DNA of 64,000 nucleotides from Octopus vulgaris. Taxonomy: Eukaryota. Location of the stretch: NCBI GenBank assembly GCA_951406725.2, contig OX597822.1, forward strand, positions 12,524,001 through 12,588,000. The letters run 5' to 3'. Within the stretch, counting starts at the first letter, position 1; each line of letters opens with the position of its first letter. Of this stretch, positions 28,881-42,576 are shown piece after piece. Below the pieces are notes generated by a model. That model saw only the letters and a program-made list of their open reading frames with translations, did not search any database and had not been told where the DNA came from. A program made the position numbers and the translations under genes.

Positions 28881-29638
28881 CTAAGATTAAATACACGCAG
28901 ACATGCACACGCAGGCGCGTGCGCAGACATCCATGCACACGCATAACACACACATGCAAACACACACACACACACATCTGAGCATATATATCTCGCGTGA
29001 AACATACAAGCAATAGTTAGAGATCGATAGCCTGAAGGAGAAAGCTGTGAACAGTCTCCATTTTATAATTTTGTCAAATGTAACTTCGCCTTGCTTCCAT
29101 TGTTATAAAGATCACAAGCAACGAAACAAAGAAGAGAACCGTCTGATGTTTAATGGCTGTCCTCTGTTCTCTTCATTTCTGTCACTTCTGGGAAGACGCG
29201 CTTACGTAGTCCTCATTCTCACACATATGGCGACTGGGATTTCTGTTCAGCACATCTCAGATTGATTTTCCCTTGTTATCACAACGGAGTGCAAATTCAA
29301 GATAAACTTGCTAATCTCAAAGTGCATCAGGACTTAAATTTCCACGCAGATCACAGCTGACCATTTGCGTTACTTATCACCTCTATGATAAATATTCTTA
29401 TTTTTTTCCGTACTCTGCCACAAAGTTACTCCGAACCAGGGATTAGCGTTGTGATTAATACTTCTCTTCAGTAGTGAACACTGTGCTTCAGCTTAACATA
29501 AAGGTGTAGATATACGGCAAAACCTGTTTCGAGTAGTTATCTTTTATGAAGTACAATCACACACTTCCATTCGATGCAGCACGCATCAGCCTCGATTATC
29601 TTTGCTTTTTAACAAAGAGAAAGGTAGGGAGAGGTAAT

Positions 29639-29669
<31 letters not shown>

Positions 29670-30115
29670 AGAATTGAAGGAGAAATTTTCTGTCTATACA
29701 CATGATGTAGAATTGGTAGTGCATGAGAATATTAAAGCATGAAGACCACAAACTCACGCTTAAACATCTTTACAGAGAATACTGAACTAATTGAATTAAC
29801 AAGGGAACGAAATTTAAAATTAATTTAGAGAAATTTAATAATCATGATAATAAATACCACGCAATTGTAACGAAAATATTTCTTTTATGTAATTCAATTA
29901 GAACAATTATCAATTAGTTGCGGAATTAATAAGATCCAGTGCAAAAATCAAATGATCCACGCGGTAAGAAGTTTGATTACCAACTACTTGGTTCCGGGTT
30001 CAATGCGACTAAGTGGTACCATAGGCAAATATTTTCTACAATAGCCTCGGGTGGATTAATGTGTGGATTTGTTGGACGAAAAATGAAAAAAAGTCCATCA
30101 CAGATTGATCTATCT

Positions 30116-30146
<31 letters not shown>

Positions 30147-30189
30147 GCATCTGTGCTTGAGTGTCTTGGTGATGTGTGTGTTCCCCACC

Positions 30190-30450
30190 AGCACTTGACA
30201 GTTGAGGAGTACATGCAACATGAACTATTATTTCGAACAATGAAAGATACAAATGGAAAACAAGACAAACAACATAAAGAACGACCCTTCATCAGTTGTT
30301 GACTGTTTTTCTAGTCTCGTATTTTGAGCATTTAACAACAATATACTCTTTCGATAAAACAGTTACTCCCTCAAAGCAAATTAATTAAAATTTGGGGCTT
30401 TTACGGAGGGTCAAAATAGGTAACACAAACAGGACAGATAAAACCAAACA
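30190..30450 (-). mobile_element. Repeat family terminus, inverse homolog of 42250-42520
   Basis: aaatgctc.aaatacg.gactagaaaaacag.caacaactgatgaaggg present in both. Confidence 0.7.
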
Positions 30451-31454
30451 GGAAGGGCTTCAAAGCCTAAACGTCGTTTTGGTGGTGAACGCGTAAATCA
30501 AGCTAGGACAAGAGACAAACAAGAACACATCTTCCTTGTTCCAGCTACAACGGAAAGAAAGAAAGTTGGCCGATGGTCACGTGGGTGTAAGGTAGGAGGA
30601 GTGAGGGAGAGAGATTGACAAAGTAACAGAAAAGAATAGTGGGAAAAGAGGAGGTAAAAGAATAAGAGAAAGAAAAATACTGAAAAACGAAAGAGTAAAT
30701 GATCGTATATATATATATGTGTGTGTGTGTGTGTGGATGTAGTATGGAGTTGTTATACGCATATTTATAGAGTGTGTGGGTTTATATATCTCTTATATTT
30801 TGTCTTTGACGTGTTTCACTCATTGGACTGCAGCCATGATGGGGCAGTGCCTTCAAGAGCTTTGTTAATGAAATCGATACCAATTCTCAGTTCTTTTGCA
30901 AAGCTTGGTATGTTTTCTATTGGACAATTCTGCCGAACCGATAAGTTACGAAAATGTAAACAACACAATACCAACAGTTAAACGATGGTAGGTCACAATC
31001 ATAAAGGTACACACATATGCACACACAAAGGCACACACGCATATGCGCATACACACACGCACACATATATATGCGTATATGTGACCTTGCAGGAGGGAGC
31101 CCAGTTAAAATCTTCTTCTAGTCGAGTAACCCATCCCACTCAAAAGGTCCCTGCATAAGAATTGTTTAAGGATTTTGAACGAACCACCCATGTTTCCAAA
31201 GGTGAATTATCCAAACCTCTAAGAATCTTTTCCCCACTACTTCTGTTCGTGGTCAGAGATGCACATATCGTCAGCCACTAAGGGACATGCTTAATTGGTT
31301 AATGTCAAACAACTGACAAGCAAATCTATAGTATTGAGCAGAATATTTGCTGTAGCCCATCTCTTATAACAAGACAAAACAATGTACATGATAACGCTTC
31401 CAGTCAGTTAAGATCAGAAGCCATGAGAACCACAGCCTGGTACTGCAGAGACCT

Positions 31455-31778
31455 CAAGAGACAACAGGCTGGAAGTTCGTGATGTTGTTATGCCTAGTGT
31501 GCCATATATGTAGTTTTGTATTGTGTTGTGCTAGTGAATGTAAAAAAAAAAAACGAAAATTATGTTTGTTTTAAAACTTGAGATTACATAGAAAGTATTT
31601 TGCGTAGGATATGAGCAGTTCCCATGAGCACTATCTTTTGAATTTCTGCCATTTTGGTGTTTCCTGGTATCTGAGTTAGGTAGCGATCAGCCCCTTTTGC
31701 TATCATTCCCAGGGCACCTATGACAATAGGTATTGTTTTAGTCGGCACCTATGACAACAGGTATTGTTTTACTCTTAA
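31455..31778 (-). mobile_element. R4/Dong LINE 3' fragment with 31-bp tandem duplication at its 5' junction, abutting (TAA)n
   Basis: Near-identical to 58885-59170: PIVIGALGMIAKG..IQKIVLMGTAHILRKILSM*. Confidence 0.85.
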
Positions 31779-31955
<177 letters not shown>

Positions 31956-32991
31956 TAGTATCATCATCATCATCATATGATTAGTAGCAGTAGTGTTAGC
32001 AGCAGCCTTAACAACAACACTATTATGAATGTTAAGTCTCGTATTTGACATCGATTCCGTCACGTTTAATTAGTGCATTTATGAAAACTTGTTAATTGCA
32101 AATTTCATTTTACATTGGTCAGACTCTTACAAATTCTCAAGTAAGAGAAACATTTATTTCATCCATTCCATCATGCTATATTACATTATAAGCCATAAAC
32201 TTAATTAAAATTCCATTACCTTCAAATATTTTACATAATTCGTGATATTATATCTTATCAACATTAGCATACATTTGATTCTCAAGAATTGATTCCGATG
32301 ACGACGAAAAGTCAGAGATTTGGATCCTACTTCGATGTTTAGAATAACATTGAAGAGTTCAAACTGAAAGGTTTTGCTACTTTATTAATCTTTGACATTG
32401 CATTCTTGAAAGAGAGCGACTAATTCATGATATGGAATCTAAATTAGCATTGCGACTTAATACGTACAATTGTCAATTATAGAAGTGACAAAGGCGGATT
32501 ATGACCAACAAGATAAATCATCAAACTACCAAGTGAAAGGTCGAGAGTTGTCTCTTGTCATCATCGATACAGTCTTCCATCCATGGCCAATGCACGTGTA
32601 ACAATATAAGATTACGATTAAAAACAAAACGAACCAGAATACAGGGCAACGAACGATATTATACAGTGTGTCGTAGACAGCCAAATCAAGACGTTCTTTA
32701 AGACAGTTCGTCTGAACTCTGTCAACACTCCTTAACGCTTTACTCCTTACACTGCGCATAGAGAGGGGGCAACTCTCATGGAAAATGTTCTTCATGTTTA
32801 TGATATCAAGAGGTAAGAAAATAAACCTTATACCTACAGACAAGTCGGCGCGATTTTGAAGTATGCATTAAGGCCACTAGGTGGCATGCTGCCGCAGTCT
32901 CTTCTCTGATAGGTATGAGGTGACCAAAAGCTTGTGAGTGGAATTTTTTAAATATGCGCCGTGTTCATACATACATACATACACACAGATA

Positions 32992-33046
<55 letters not shown>

Positions 33047-33101
33047 CAATGTAAACTTGTAAGGTTTGGAAATGCAAAAATTTTTGTAAATTCTTAAATA
33101 T

Positions 33102-33207
33102 ATACTTGCTTCGGCAGTACATATACTAAAATTGGAACGGTACAGAGAAGATTAGCATGGCCCCTGCGCAAGGATGACACGCAAATTCGTGAAGCGTTCC
33201 ATATTTT
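33102..33207 (+). ncRNA. U6: U6 snRNA, full-length copy, probably a processed pseudogene
   Basis: (a)TACTTGCTTCGGCAGTACATATACTAAAATTGGAACGgTACAGAGAAGATTAGCATGGCCCCTGCGCAAGGATGACACGCAAATTCGTGAAGCGTTCCATATTTT; ACAGAGA box and AGC triad intact; +1 G replaced; no clear upstream TATA/PSE. Confidence 0.95.
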
Positions 33208-33275
33208 CTAAAATGGCGGTGCCCCAGCATGGCCACAACTCATTAGCTGAAACTGGAAAAATCAAAATCAAAATC
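33208..33275 (+). mobile_element. LINE/SINE-type 3' tail fused to U6
   Basis: GGCGGTGCCCCAGCATGGCCAC-stemloop-GAAAC then (AAAATC)3; homologous to SINE-A tails (6439, 42091) and LINE end (5331). Confidence 0.8.
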
Positions 33276-33759
33276 ATATATCCTTCTGTGTATATATATA
33301 TACATTTCCAAACCTTACAAATTTACATTGTTATATATATATAGGTATCTGTGTGTATGTATGTATGAACACGCCGCATATTTACAAAATTCCACTCACA
33401 AGCTTTTGGTCACCTCATATCTATCAGAGAAGAGACTGTGGCAGCGTGCCACCTAGTGGCCTTAATGCATACTTCAAAATCGCGCCGATTTGTCTGTACG
33501 TATAAGGTTTATTTTCTAACCTCTTGATATCATAAACATGAAGAACATTTATATATATATATCTACTACCAAACAAACATGATTTTTATTGAACTCAATA
33601 TACTTTTTCGAGTCCCGTTCTGATTACTTTCTTAAATACTTTCTTGTAAACTGTTTTTAACATGTCCTTATTATTATCAAAGAATGTACATCTGTATTCA
33701 AATACTTTTGTGATAACGTGTACTTAACACAGCAAAGCTTTTACATAGCTTTACATTTT

Positions 33760-33801
33760 ACTTTTGACTATCTTTTTCTAAAAAAGTGAAACCGGTCAAG
33801 T
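33760..33801 (+). ncRNA. Degenerate hammerhead motif in PLE-type terminus before (TA)n
   Basis: actt-TTGACTA-t.cttttt cta aaaaag.t-GAAA-ccgg-TC-aagt; all three stems present, position 8 non-canonical. Confidence 0.5.
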
Positions 33802-34009
33802 GAATTAACCTCTTTAAAATTTTATATATATATATATAAATATTTCGTTTTGGGATTCGGTTTTCAAGATTCCTTATGTGAGGTCGTGTGTTGCAGCATA
33901 TTCTGTTGTCTATTTGAAAACTGAAGCAATCTACGTTTGTGCATTAACGTTCTTTCACTAAAGCCGAAGTTTAAAACATGCCCTCGTATGTGTGTGTGTG
34001 TGTACGTGA

Positions 34010-34272
34010 GGCTCCGGCAGGGGATGGTGGTGATCCCTGCTGTACTGTTTCACCACAACTTTCTCTCACTCTTACTTCCTGTTTCTGTTGTACCTGTATT
34101 TCAAGGGGCCAGCCTTGTCACTCTCTGTGTCACGCTGAATATCCCCGAGAACTACGTTAAGGGTGCACGTGTCTGTGGAGTTCTCAGCCACTTACACGTT
34201 AATTTCACGAGCAGGCTGTTCCGTTGATTCGGATCAACCGGAACCCTTATCGTCGTAACCGACGGAGTGCTT
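34010..34272 (+). mobile_element. SINE 3' part
   Basis: ccacaactt.ct..cact.tt..ttcctg body shared with 18600-18630; gtcgtaaccgacggagtg end shared with 36535-36555(-). Confidence 0.6.
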
Positions 34273-34780
34273 CCACACACGTGTGGTTATCATATCATAA
34301 TTCATCATATACATAATCCATTATATCTGCTTAAAATGCTATCTGTCAGAGAGCAAGTTGACACACGCTCGTACAAACATATATACTTATATGTGAGTGC
34401 ATACAGAGAGAGGAAGATAGATAGATACGTAGATATAAAGTTAGATGGATAAGTAGAGAGAGAGAGCGAAAGAAAGCGGTGGGACGGAGAGAGAGTGAAT
34501 GGTGAAGAGAAATTAAATGTGATTGTTTAAGCATGGACATCGGATGCCAAGAAAATCCTTCAAAAGCTACGGCAGAGAACACTTACGCTAGATCGAGTGT
34601 GCTTTTGAGTTCAGCGTGTCTGACATTTTCATCATTATTGTTATTAGCATTGCCAACGCTACAGCTTCACGATGATAATACAACCAGTCACACACTCACA
34701 TACACAAATGCGCACACACACACACATACCCATATATACATACATGCATATATACCTATATATACCTATATGTATATATG

Positions 34781-34811
<31 letters not shown>

Positions 34812-35482
34812 GTATATACATGTATGTATATATGTATATATATATATATACAAGTATGTATATATATATATATAAATATATATATATATGTGTATGTATA
34901 TATATATAAATATATATATATGTATTTATATATATATATATGTATGTATATATACATATATATATATGTGTGTGTGTGTGTGTGGGGGGTGTCTGTATTT
35001 ATATAGACAAACAAAAATGAACACACTCGCTCTACAAACAGATTATACATTGCACCTACATATATACACCCATTCGAATACTGAGAATGTCACAGACGCG
35101 AACATACACACACATACACACACAGATGAACTCTCTCTCGTTCTCTCACGAGCACACCCACACAAGTACCTATATACACCGCTTAATTGATGACTCTCTC
35201 TCTCAGCATTACGAGTTTCATCGTTAATGCGACTATTAAAGCCACATTTAACATCTATCACATAGATTGTTATGAAACCAACAACGAAAATTTCCCTTTG
35301 ATATCATCTCAAATATGAATTTTACTGATTGTATGTGTGTTACCCTATGCTTTTCTGTGAGCGCGTGTGACGGCCTATTCATTCGTGTATTAGCATTTTT
35401 TTTGTGTTTTAATTTTTATATATTCATTGACAGTTATATTGTACCCTGTACTTATTTCATATATATATATATATATATATTA

Positions 35483-35826
<344 letters not shown>

Positions 35827-35952
35827 CAGTTGCTGCTTTATTTTCACCGCCATTTGTTTAGTGTTCTATGTAATTTAGATTATATTCACACAGACTGATA
35901 TAATACATACATACATGTATATCGAAAGAAATCCAGAGAATTAATTAGTAAG

Positions 35953-36019
<67 letters not shown>

Positions 36020-36524
36020 TAGACAGATAGGAAGATAGTACTTTATGGATAGTGTGGAAATATGCAAATATAAAAGTTGGACCCTAATGGTCTTTTGTCT
36101 AATTCCAACCCTACCGGCCCACGCAGGGTTAAATTAAACTGTAGTCTGTATATTTCGCCTAACTGCTGTTCCCTGCTACATATGTATTTTTCCGGTCCGG
36201 GCAGTCTGCGAGCGTTCTATTGACTGATACATGAAAAAGCCACAGCTTTCTAATAAGATCAGAGTGACCACACTTTGCTATCTCCTTATGAAGAACGTAT
36301 AATAAGCCAGTGGTTCAAAAGCGGGTTACAGGCAGCTGATAATGGTGTATGTCTACGTTTTGCCATCATTGAGGAATTTTACTACACAGTAGACTGAAGA
36401 GGAATTTCCTTAGAAATTAATAAGTCACAAACATAATTGAACTAGCATAAACTGTATCTTTACATTCACACATACATACATCGATGCATACATACGTACA
36501 TATATACAAAGATACACACACACA

Positions 36525-36828
36525 TAAATGATGGACACTCCCGTCGTTAGACGCCATACGTGGATTTGACAATTTCTTACTGAACAACCACTCAAATGAT
36601 TTGATTATAGTGATCACATGTTTGTGTAGACATAAGCTCACTCCCTCCATCAGATCGATATTACCAATACAGGTGCAACGGGTGCCACATGCCAGATGTC
36701 TAAATGACCGCAGAGCAACGTGAAATGAAGTGCTTTGCTCAAGAACACAACGCAACGACCGGTCTGGGAATCGAACCCACGATCTCGCAATCGTGAGTGC
36801 AACACATTAACCACTTAGCCATGTGCCT
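36525..36828 (-). mobile_element. tRNA-derived SINE family C
   Basis: Minus strand: gaggcacaTGGCTAAGTGG..GGTTCGATTCC, then ttcttgagcaaagcacttcatttcacgttgctc. Confidence 0.85.
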
Positions 36829-36833
36829 CATAC

Positions 36834-36866
<33 letters not shown>

Positions 36867-37830
36867 AAGAGAAAGGAAGAAAGAGAGAGAGACAGAGAGA
36901 GAGAGAGTCAACAGATGATACTCAATATGGACATCCTTAGCAGCATTCAAATGATTTGCACTTACACACCGAAATCTTTACAGTGGGGTAAAGCTTGGCC
37001 ATAATTCAGATAAACAGATGTGGAGATGATGTTTCAAATTTGCTAATGAAACCACCTGGGCTTCATATATAAAAAAATACATGTGAAGAGAAAGAAAACA
37101 AAGACTGAAAATATATTCCCTCGATGAATATTCATGAATATTAGATGTTTATATGTAGATGTTTATATGTTAACAGAGCAGGCTTACACAGAGCAGAAAG
37201 ATACAAGGAATTAAGGGGAGAACGTATGATGTTACAGGTTCGACAGCTGTTTCTGGGGGCTTGGAATCACGTCATAATTCTGGCAGACGTCGTTCGCAAA
37301 AAGTCAAAATACATGCAACCAGTAGTAGAAGTACATAACTATTAGATAAATATGGCCTCCGTGTTTAGGATGGAGAGTTTAGTGTCTAACAAATTGACAG
37401 TTATCCACCACTGTAGATAGATAACTGTCCGCCGTATATGTTGGCAAACACACAAATATATATGTATATGTGTTTGTATATATATATATGTGTGTGTGTG
37501 TGCGTATGTGATTGTTTGTGTGTGTATTTTTGTTTGTGTTTGCCACCTATCTCTTTATGATATCCGGTTTGGGATTCTTTACGTGGCCATGTGTTAGCTT
37601 TTCTACAACATGATTAGCAGATTTAACAGTAGGTGCTGGGGTGATGGACTGAAACCCTTAAACTATTTAATCCAGTTAAACGCATTAATCCAGTTCCATA
37701 TTACAGAACACCAATGAGCGAAACACTTGACAGAAATAAAAATTTCGAATCGTATACAGATCGATTTTGCTTCTAATCTCTAAATCAAATTTCGTTGAAT
37801 TGGAGAACTTGTAAGAAAATTCTTATCTTC

Positions 37831-38033
37831 TATAGGCACGAGGCCCGAACTTTTGGGGAGGAGGCCAGCCAAATAGATCGATACCAATACGCAAATCTTA
37901 CTTAATTTATTGACCCCGTAAGGACGAAAGACAAAGTCGACCTCGGGTTAATTAGAACCCAGAAAGTAAAGACAAGCGAAACACCGTTAAGCATTTCGCC
38001 CGGCATGCTAATGTCTCTGCCAGCTCGCCGCCT
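37831..38033 (-). mobile_element. SINE family B
   Basis: Reverse complement of ggcggcgagctggcaga..gccgggcgaaatgctta. Confidence 0.8.
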
Positions 38034-38395
38034 ATAACTTGTTAGAATATTAGACATGACTTAATGAAGCCTGTTTCTTTTTCTTTACGGTTTCTGGTAT
38101 TAAATCCTTCTGCAAGGACTTTTATTCATAATGAACAATATAGTTAGGTTTCTGCAACATTAGGAACACAAGTTCGATTCCATCGTTTAACATCTTGTGT
38201 AAGTATTGATGTCATCTGTAATGTGGAGATATGCAGACGTAAAGATATGTTGCTCTTGTATAGAAAATAATAGGAAAAATCTCGCCGCAGCTGAGCCTTC
38301 GTTTGGTAACTTCTACAAAAAAATATCCACCAACTTTCGAGGAATAGAGTTCTGGTAATATATGCTTACATAGACTACCTCCCCGCCTCACACTC

Positions 38396-38496
<101 letters not shown>

Positions 38497-38743
38497 TATA
38501 TATGTATGTATATATATATATATAACCATATTTACCTAACCTATAAAAGTATATTATATATGTACATACATACATACATATATATATATATATGGATATG
38601 TGTATATATACACATATATATGCACATAGATGTATATATATATACTTATATTGATAAATATGCATATATTTATATATATATATGTATATATATATATGCA
38701 CATAGATGTATATACATATACTTATATTAATAAATATGCATAC

Positions 38744-38775
<32 letters not shown>

Positions 38776-40245
38776 GCAAATATTTTTATGTTTATGCTGT
38801 TATTCACATAACAAGTACAGATTTTCTATATGCGGGAATGCATTATCTTGCTTATATCTCAATATAAACGGTTGATAACATTTTCAAGAGGAAATACAAT
38901 ACAGATATAATGCAACACCATAATTATAAAGGAGAATGGAGAATGAAAAAACAAAAACTAATACTTTATAAATCGATGTACGTACGTTGTGTAAGATATT
39001 TCAATATATAGATTGTTAGGTATGATTATCAGAAAAACCTACATGATATTTTACAGATAGAGGTATCATTGTATTGTTTGTCTCATAAACAGGAAAATAT
39101 ACTACTTCCGAGGTTTATATGTAAGTCGACATGATATTAGATTTAATATTCAAGAATATAGCGATAAATATATTTTACAAAAGAAAACATGTTTCAATGT
39201 CTAAAGTTTGTTTTAGTCTTGTAATTTTTAATTCAATAAATGTTAATATTTAAATGACATAAAAGAAATATTTAGCTTCTTAAGAAAGAATGATAAGGAA
39301 TATTTGAGGAAAAGAATTCGAGATGAAAAAATTTGGCATTCCATTGTTCTGCCATGTATAACGTTCTTATAAACAAAATTGAAATATGTAAAAAAAAAAC
39401 AATTAAAAAAATTGGAAACCCAGCCCCCTACAAACACAAACACAAACACAACTCGAAGTAGTGGCATCTGTTAGGGCCGCAGCTACGACTTACCTAACAT
39501 ATTAGACTATGTTCACCTATGCCTGTGAAGACTGGGCTCAGCATAAGAAACCCTTCTTGACTTAGCGGAAGGTCAGACGGTTAGAGATATGGCAAGTATG
39601 ATATCTTGGTCATCCACTGCATCCGTTTGTAATCCTCAGTTTTCTTCAGGTGGTTTTGCCACTGGAGTGAAGTTGGTCACGGATGAGAGAGTGAAGTTGG
39701 CTGCGCGTAAAATTCATCTTTCATGAGGACAAAGTGGTCCACAACGTCCCGACGCACGAAAATGGGTCTCAGTCAATGGATCTCACCAAAGCAGAGCAAA
39801 TTCCTATTTAGCGCTGATTTTAGCCGTTGTCATCAAGAAGAGGGGAAAATACAAAGGAAGAGAATGAGAGAGAAAAAGAGAGAGAGCGAAAAAGGGAGAG
39901 AATATGAGAGTGAAATTACATAGAGAAAAGCACCAACCCTACTGCCTTTCACGAATCTTTTCAGAACCAATAGTAATCAGTAATAATCGTTGAAACGTTT
40001 ATAATTGTAACAGAATTTGCTTGTGTCGGATGCACAGCAAATACAAAGGCAACTATACTACCCTACAAATGCAACAATGGATATCGATGTATCTGTATAT
40101 GCGTGTGTGTGTGTGGGTGTGTGAAGCTGTGAGTACATTTATATGTATGTATGTATCTATCAATCTATCTATATACCTATACACCGAAAATGAGAACGTA
40201 ATATACAAATTGATAGACAAACAACCAAAGAGATAGATAGATGGA

Positions 40246-40311
<66 letters not shown>

Positions 40312-40604
40312 GAGAGAGAGAGAGAGTAGTAGATAGATAGATATATAGATAAACGAACAAGCGTAAATTATATGACTACCGTGATATACGACATGTCTAC
40401 TTCAGATGACATCTTTGGTAAACATCAATAACATTCTTGAGCAAATTACTTTAAGAACGAGAAGCGTTGCTATGACACCAATACCCCACCTTACGCTCTG
40501 ATATATCCGGGTACTATACTATGTATTTATCGCGCGAAATTTCACATCTATCGATCTACATCTGTGTGTGCGTGTATGTATGTATATACATATATGTGTG
40601 TTTG

Positions 40605-40666
<62 letters not shown>

Positions 40667-41013
40667 AACAAACACACATATATGTATATAACGTTTGGAT
40701 GTGTTTACTTGAACCAGGAGCATTTACAGTTTATCTATGAAATCTAGGCGCCTATTAGACAATCACTTTGCATATAAAATGATATATCTGTCTCTACATC
40801 TAACTGCAATCAATAGTACATGAGGTTCTGAAAGCCTCAGTCATGGCCAACGTATGGCGTGTCAATTGTACAGACAATTCAGGCTCGCTCAATTCATGTC
40901 TATGATTGAATGTCTGTTTTCCTGTCTGTCTCACTATTACACACACACGCACATACACACGCACATACACACACACGCGCGCGAAGACACACTCGACACA
41001 CACACACATACAC

Positions 41014-41081
<68 letters not shown>

Positions 41082-41180
41082 GTATGTATGTATATATGTA
41101 TGTATATATGTATGTATATATGTATGCATATATGTATATTTATATATGTATATATTTATGTATATATGTATATATATGTA

Positions 41181-41211
<31 letters not shown>

Positions 41212-41731
41212 TTATGTATGTATATATATGTATATATGTATGTATATATATATATATGCTTATATGCGTGGTTATGTGTGTATATGGATCTATGAGCTTT
41301 TCCCTGTCTGTCTCCCTTTGGTATCTTATCTATTGATGTATTGGTTCCTTGAGCGCTTGACGATGGTAACTCAACAGGTTTTTCAATCAATATGCTTTAT
41401 AATGACGAAGATATTTCATTTAAAGTTGGAGAGGTCGATAGATAATATATATTTTAATGTGCATTGTTACAGCTCTCCCATCAAGTACATCGGCCGTAAC
41501 TGACTACTGTAAGGTGGCGCTCATCAATAAAACTGATATCTCAAAAGTATCGATGATCAGCTAAACAGGTAGTTTAATCATATTACCGTTTTTTAATGTA
41601 TTATAAAATACATTTTATGCGCCATGCCGTGGCATGATTTCCAGTGAACCGGTTTGTCGCTATTTGTGCCAACGCACAGACACTCTCTCACTCTCGCGGA
41701 CATATATATATACATGCATGTATATATAAAC

Positions 41732-41790
<59 letters not shown>

Positions 41791-41837
41791 CATACATACA
41801 TACATACATAAATATGTATACATATATGCATACATAC

Positions 41838-41871
<34 letters not shown>

Positions 41872-41877
41872 GTATAC

Positions 41878-41909
<32 letters not shown>

Positions 41910-41944
41910 ATATGTGTGTGTGTATGTGTGGGTGTGCGTGTATG

Positions 41945-42155
41945 CATATATTTGTCTGCCTGTGTTTAATACCATCGCTTGACACCGATTTTGAGGTGGT
42001 TATTTCCCCGTAACTTAACGATTCGTCAAAAAGAAACCGATAGAATAAGTACTAGACTTACAAAGTCCTGGTGTTGATTTGTTCAGCTAGAGGCGGTGTC
42101 CGGCATGGCCACAGTCAAATAACTGAAACAAATGGAGAATAAAAAGATAAAAGAA
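41945..42155 (+). mobile_element. SINE family A, 3' half
   Basis: accgatagaataagtactag..ggcggtg..catggccacagtcaaataactgaaac tail. Confidence 0.8.
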
Positions 42156-42165
42156 TATTTATCTA

Positions 42166-42204
<39 letters not shown>

Positions 42205-42528
42205 TACATATATATATATGTGTGTCTGTGTGTGTGTATAAATATATACCGTCCTGTTTGTGTTACCAATTTTGACCCTCCGCAAAATCCCAAATTTTGT
42301 TTAATTTGCTTTGCGGGAGCAAATTTTTTATCGAAATCGTATATTGTTTTTAAATGCTCGAAATACGCGACTAGAAAAACAGCCAACAACTGATGAAGGG
42401 TTGTTCTTTATGTTGTTTGTTATGTTTTCCATTGTGTCGTTCGTGGTTCGAATGAATAGTTCATGTTCCATGTACTCGCACTTTGTATTTTTTGTTGTAC
42501 ACGTTTTGTGACGTCCTGTGCCCTCATA

Positions 42529-42572
<44 letters not shown>

Positions 42573-42576
<4 letters not shown>

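Larger units (their letters stand above)
32783..33550. repeat. Inverted repeat (arms 32783-33074 and 33303-33550) enclosing the U6 copy
   Basis: aaatgttcttcatgtttatg..aaggtttggaaatg vs catttccaaacctt..cataaacatgaagaacattt; differ mainly in microsatellite length and scattered substitutions. Confidence 0.92.

Noticed and set aside
33060-33207. U6 as a functional gene
   Set aside because: No recognisable TATA/PSE, +1 G lost, A-to-G change just before the ACAGAGA box, retroposon tail attached
36390-36426. CTGAAGA-ggaatttcc-tta-GAAA-ttaa-TA
   Set aside because: No stem I and extra bases before GAAA; may be chance
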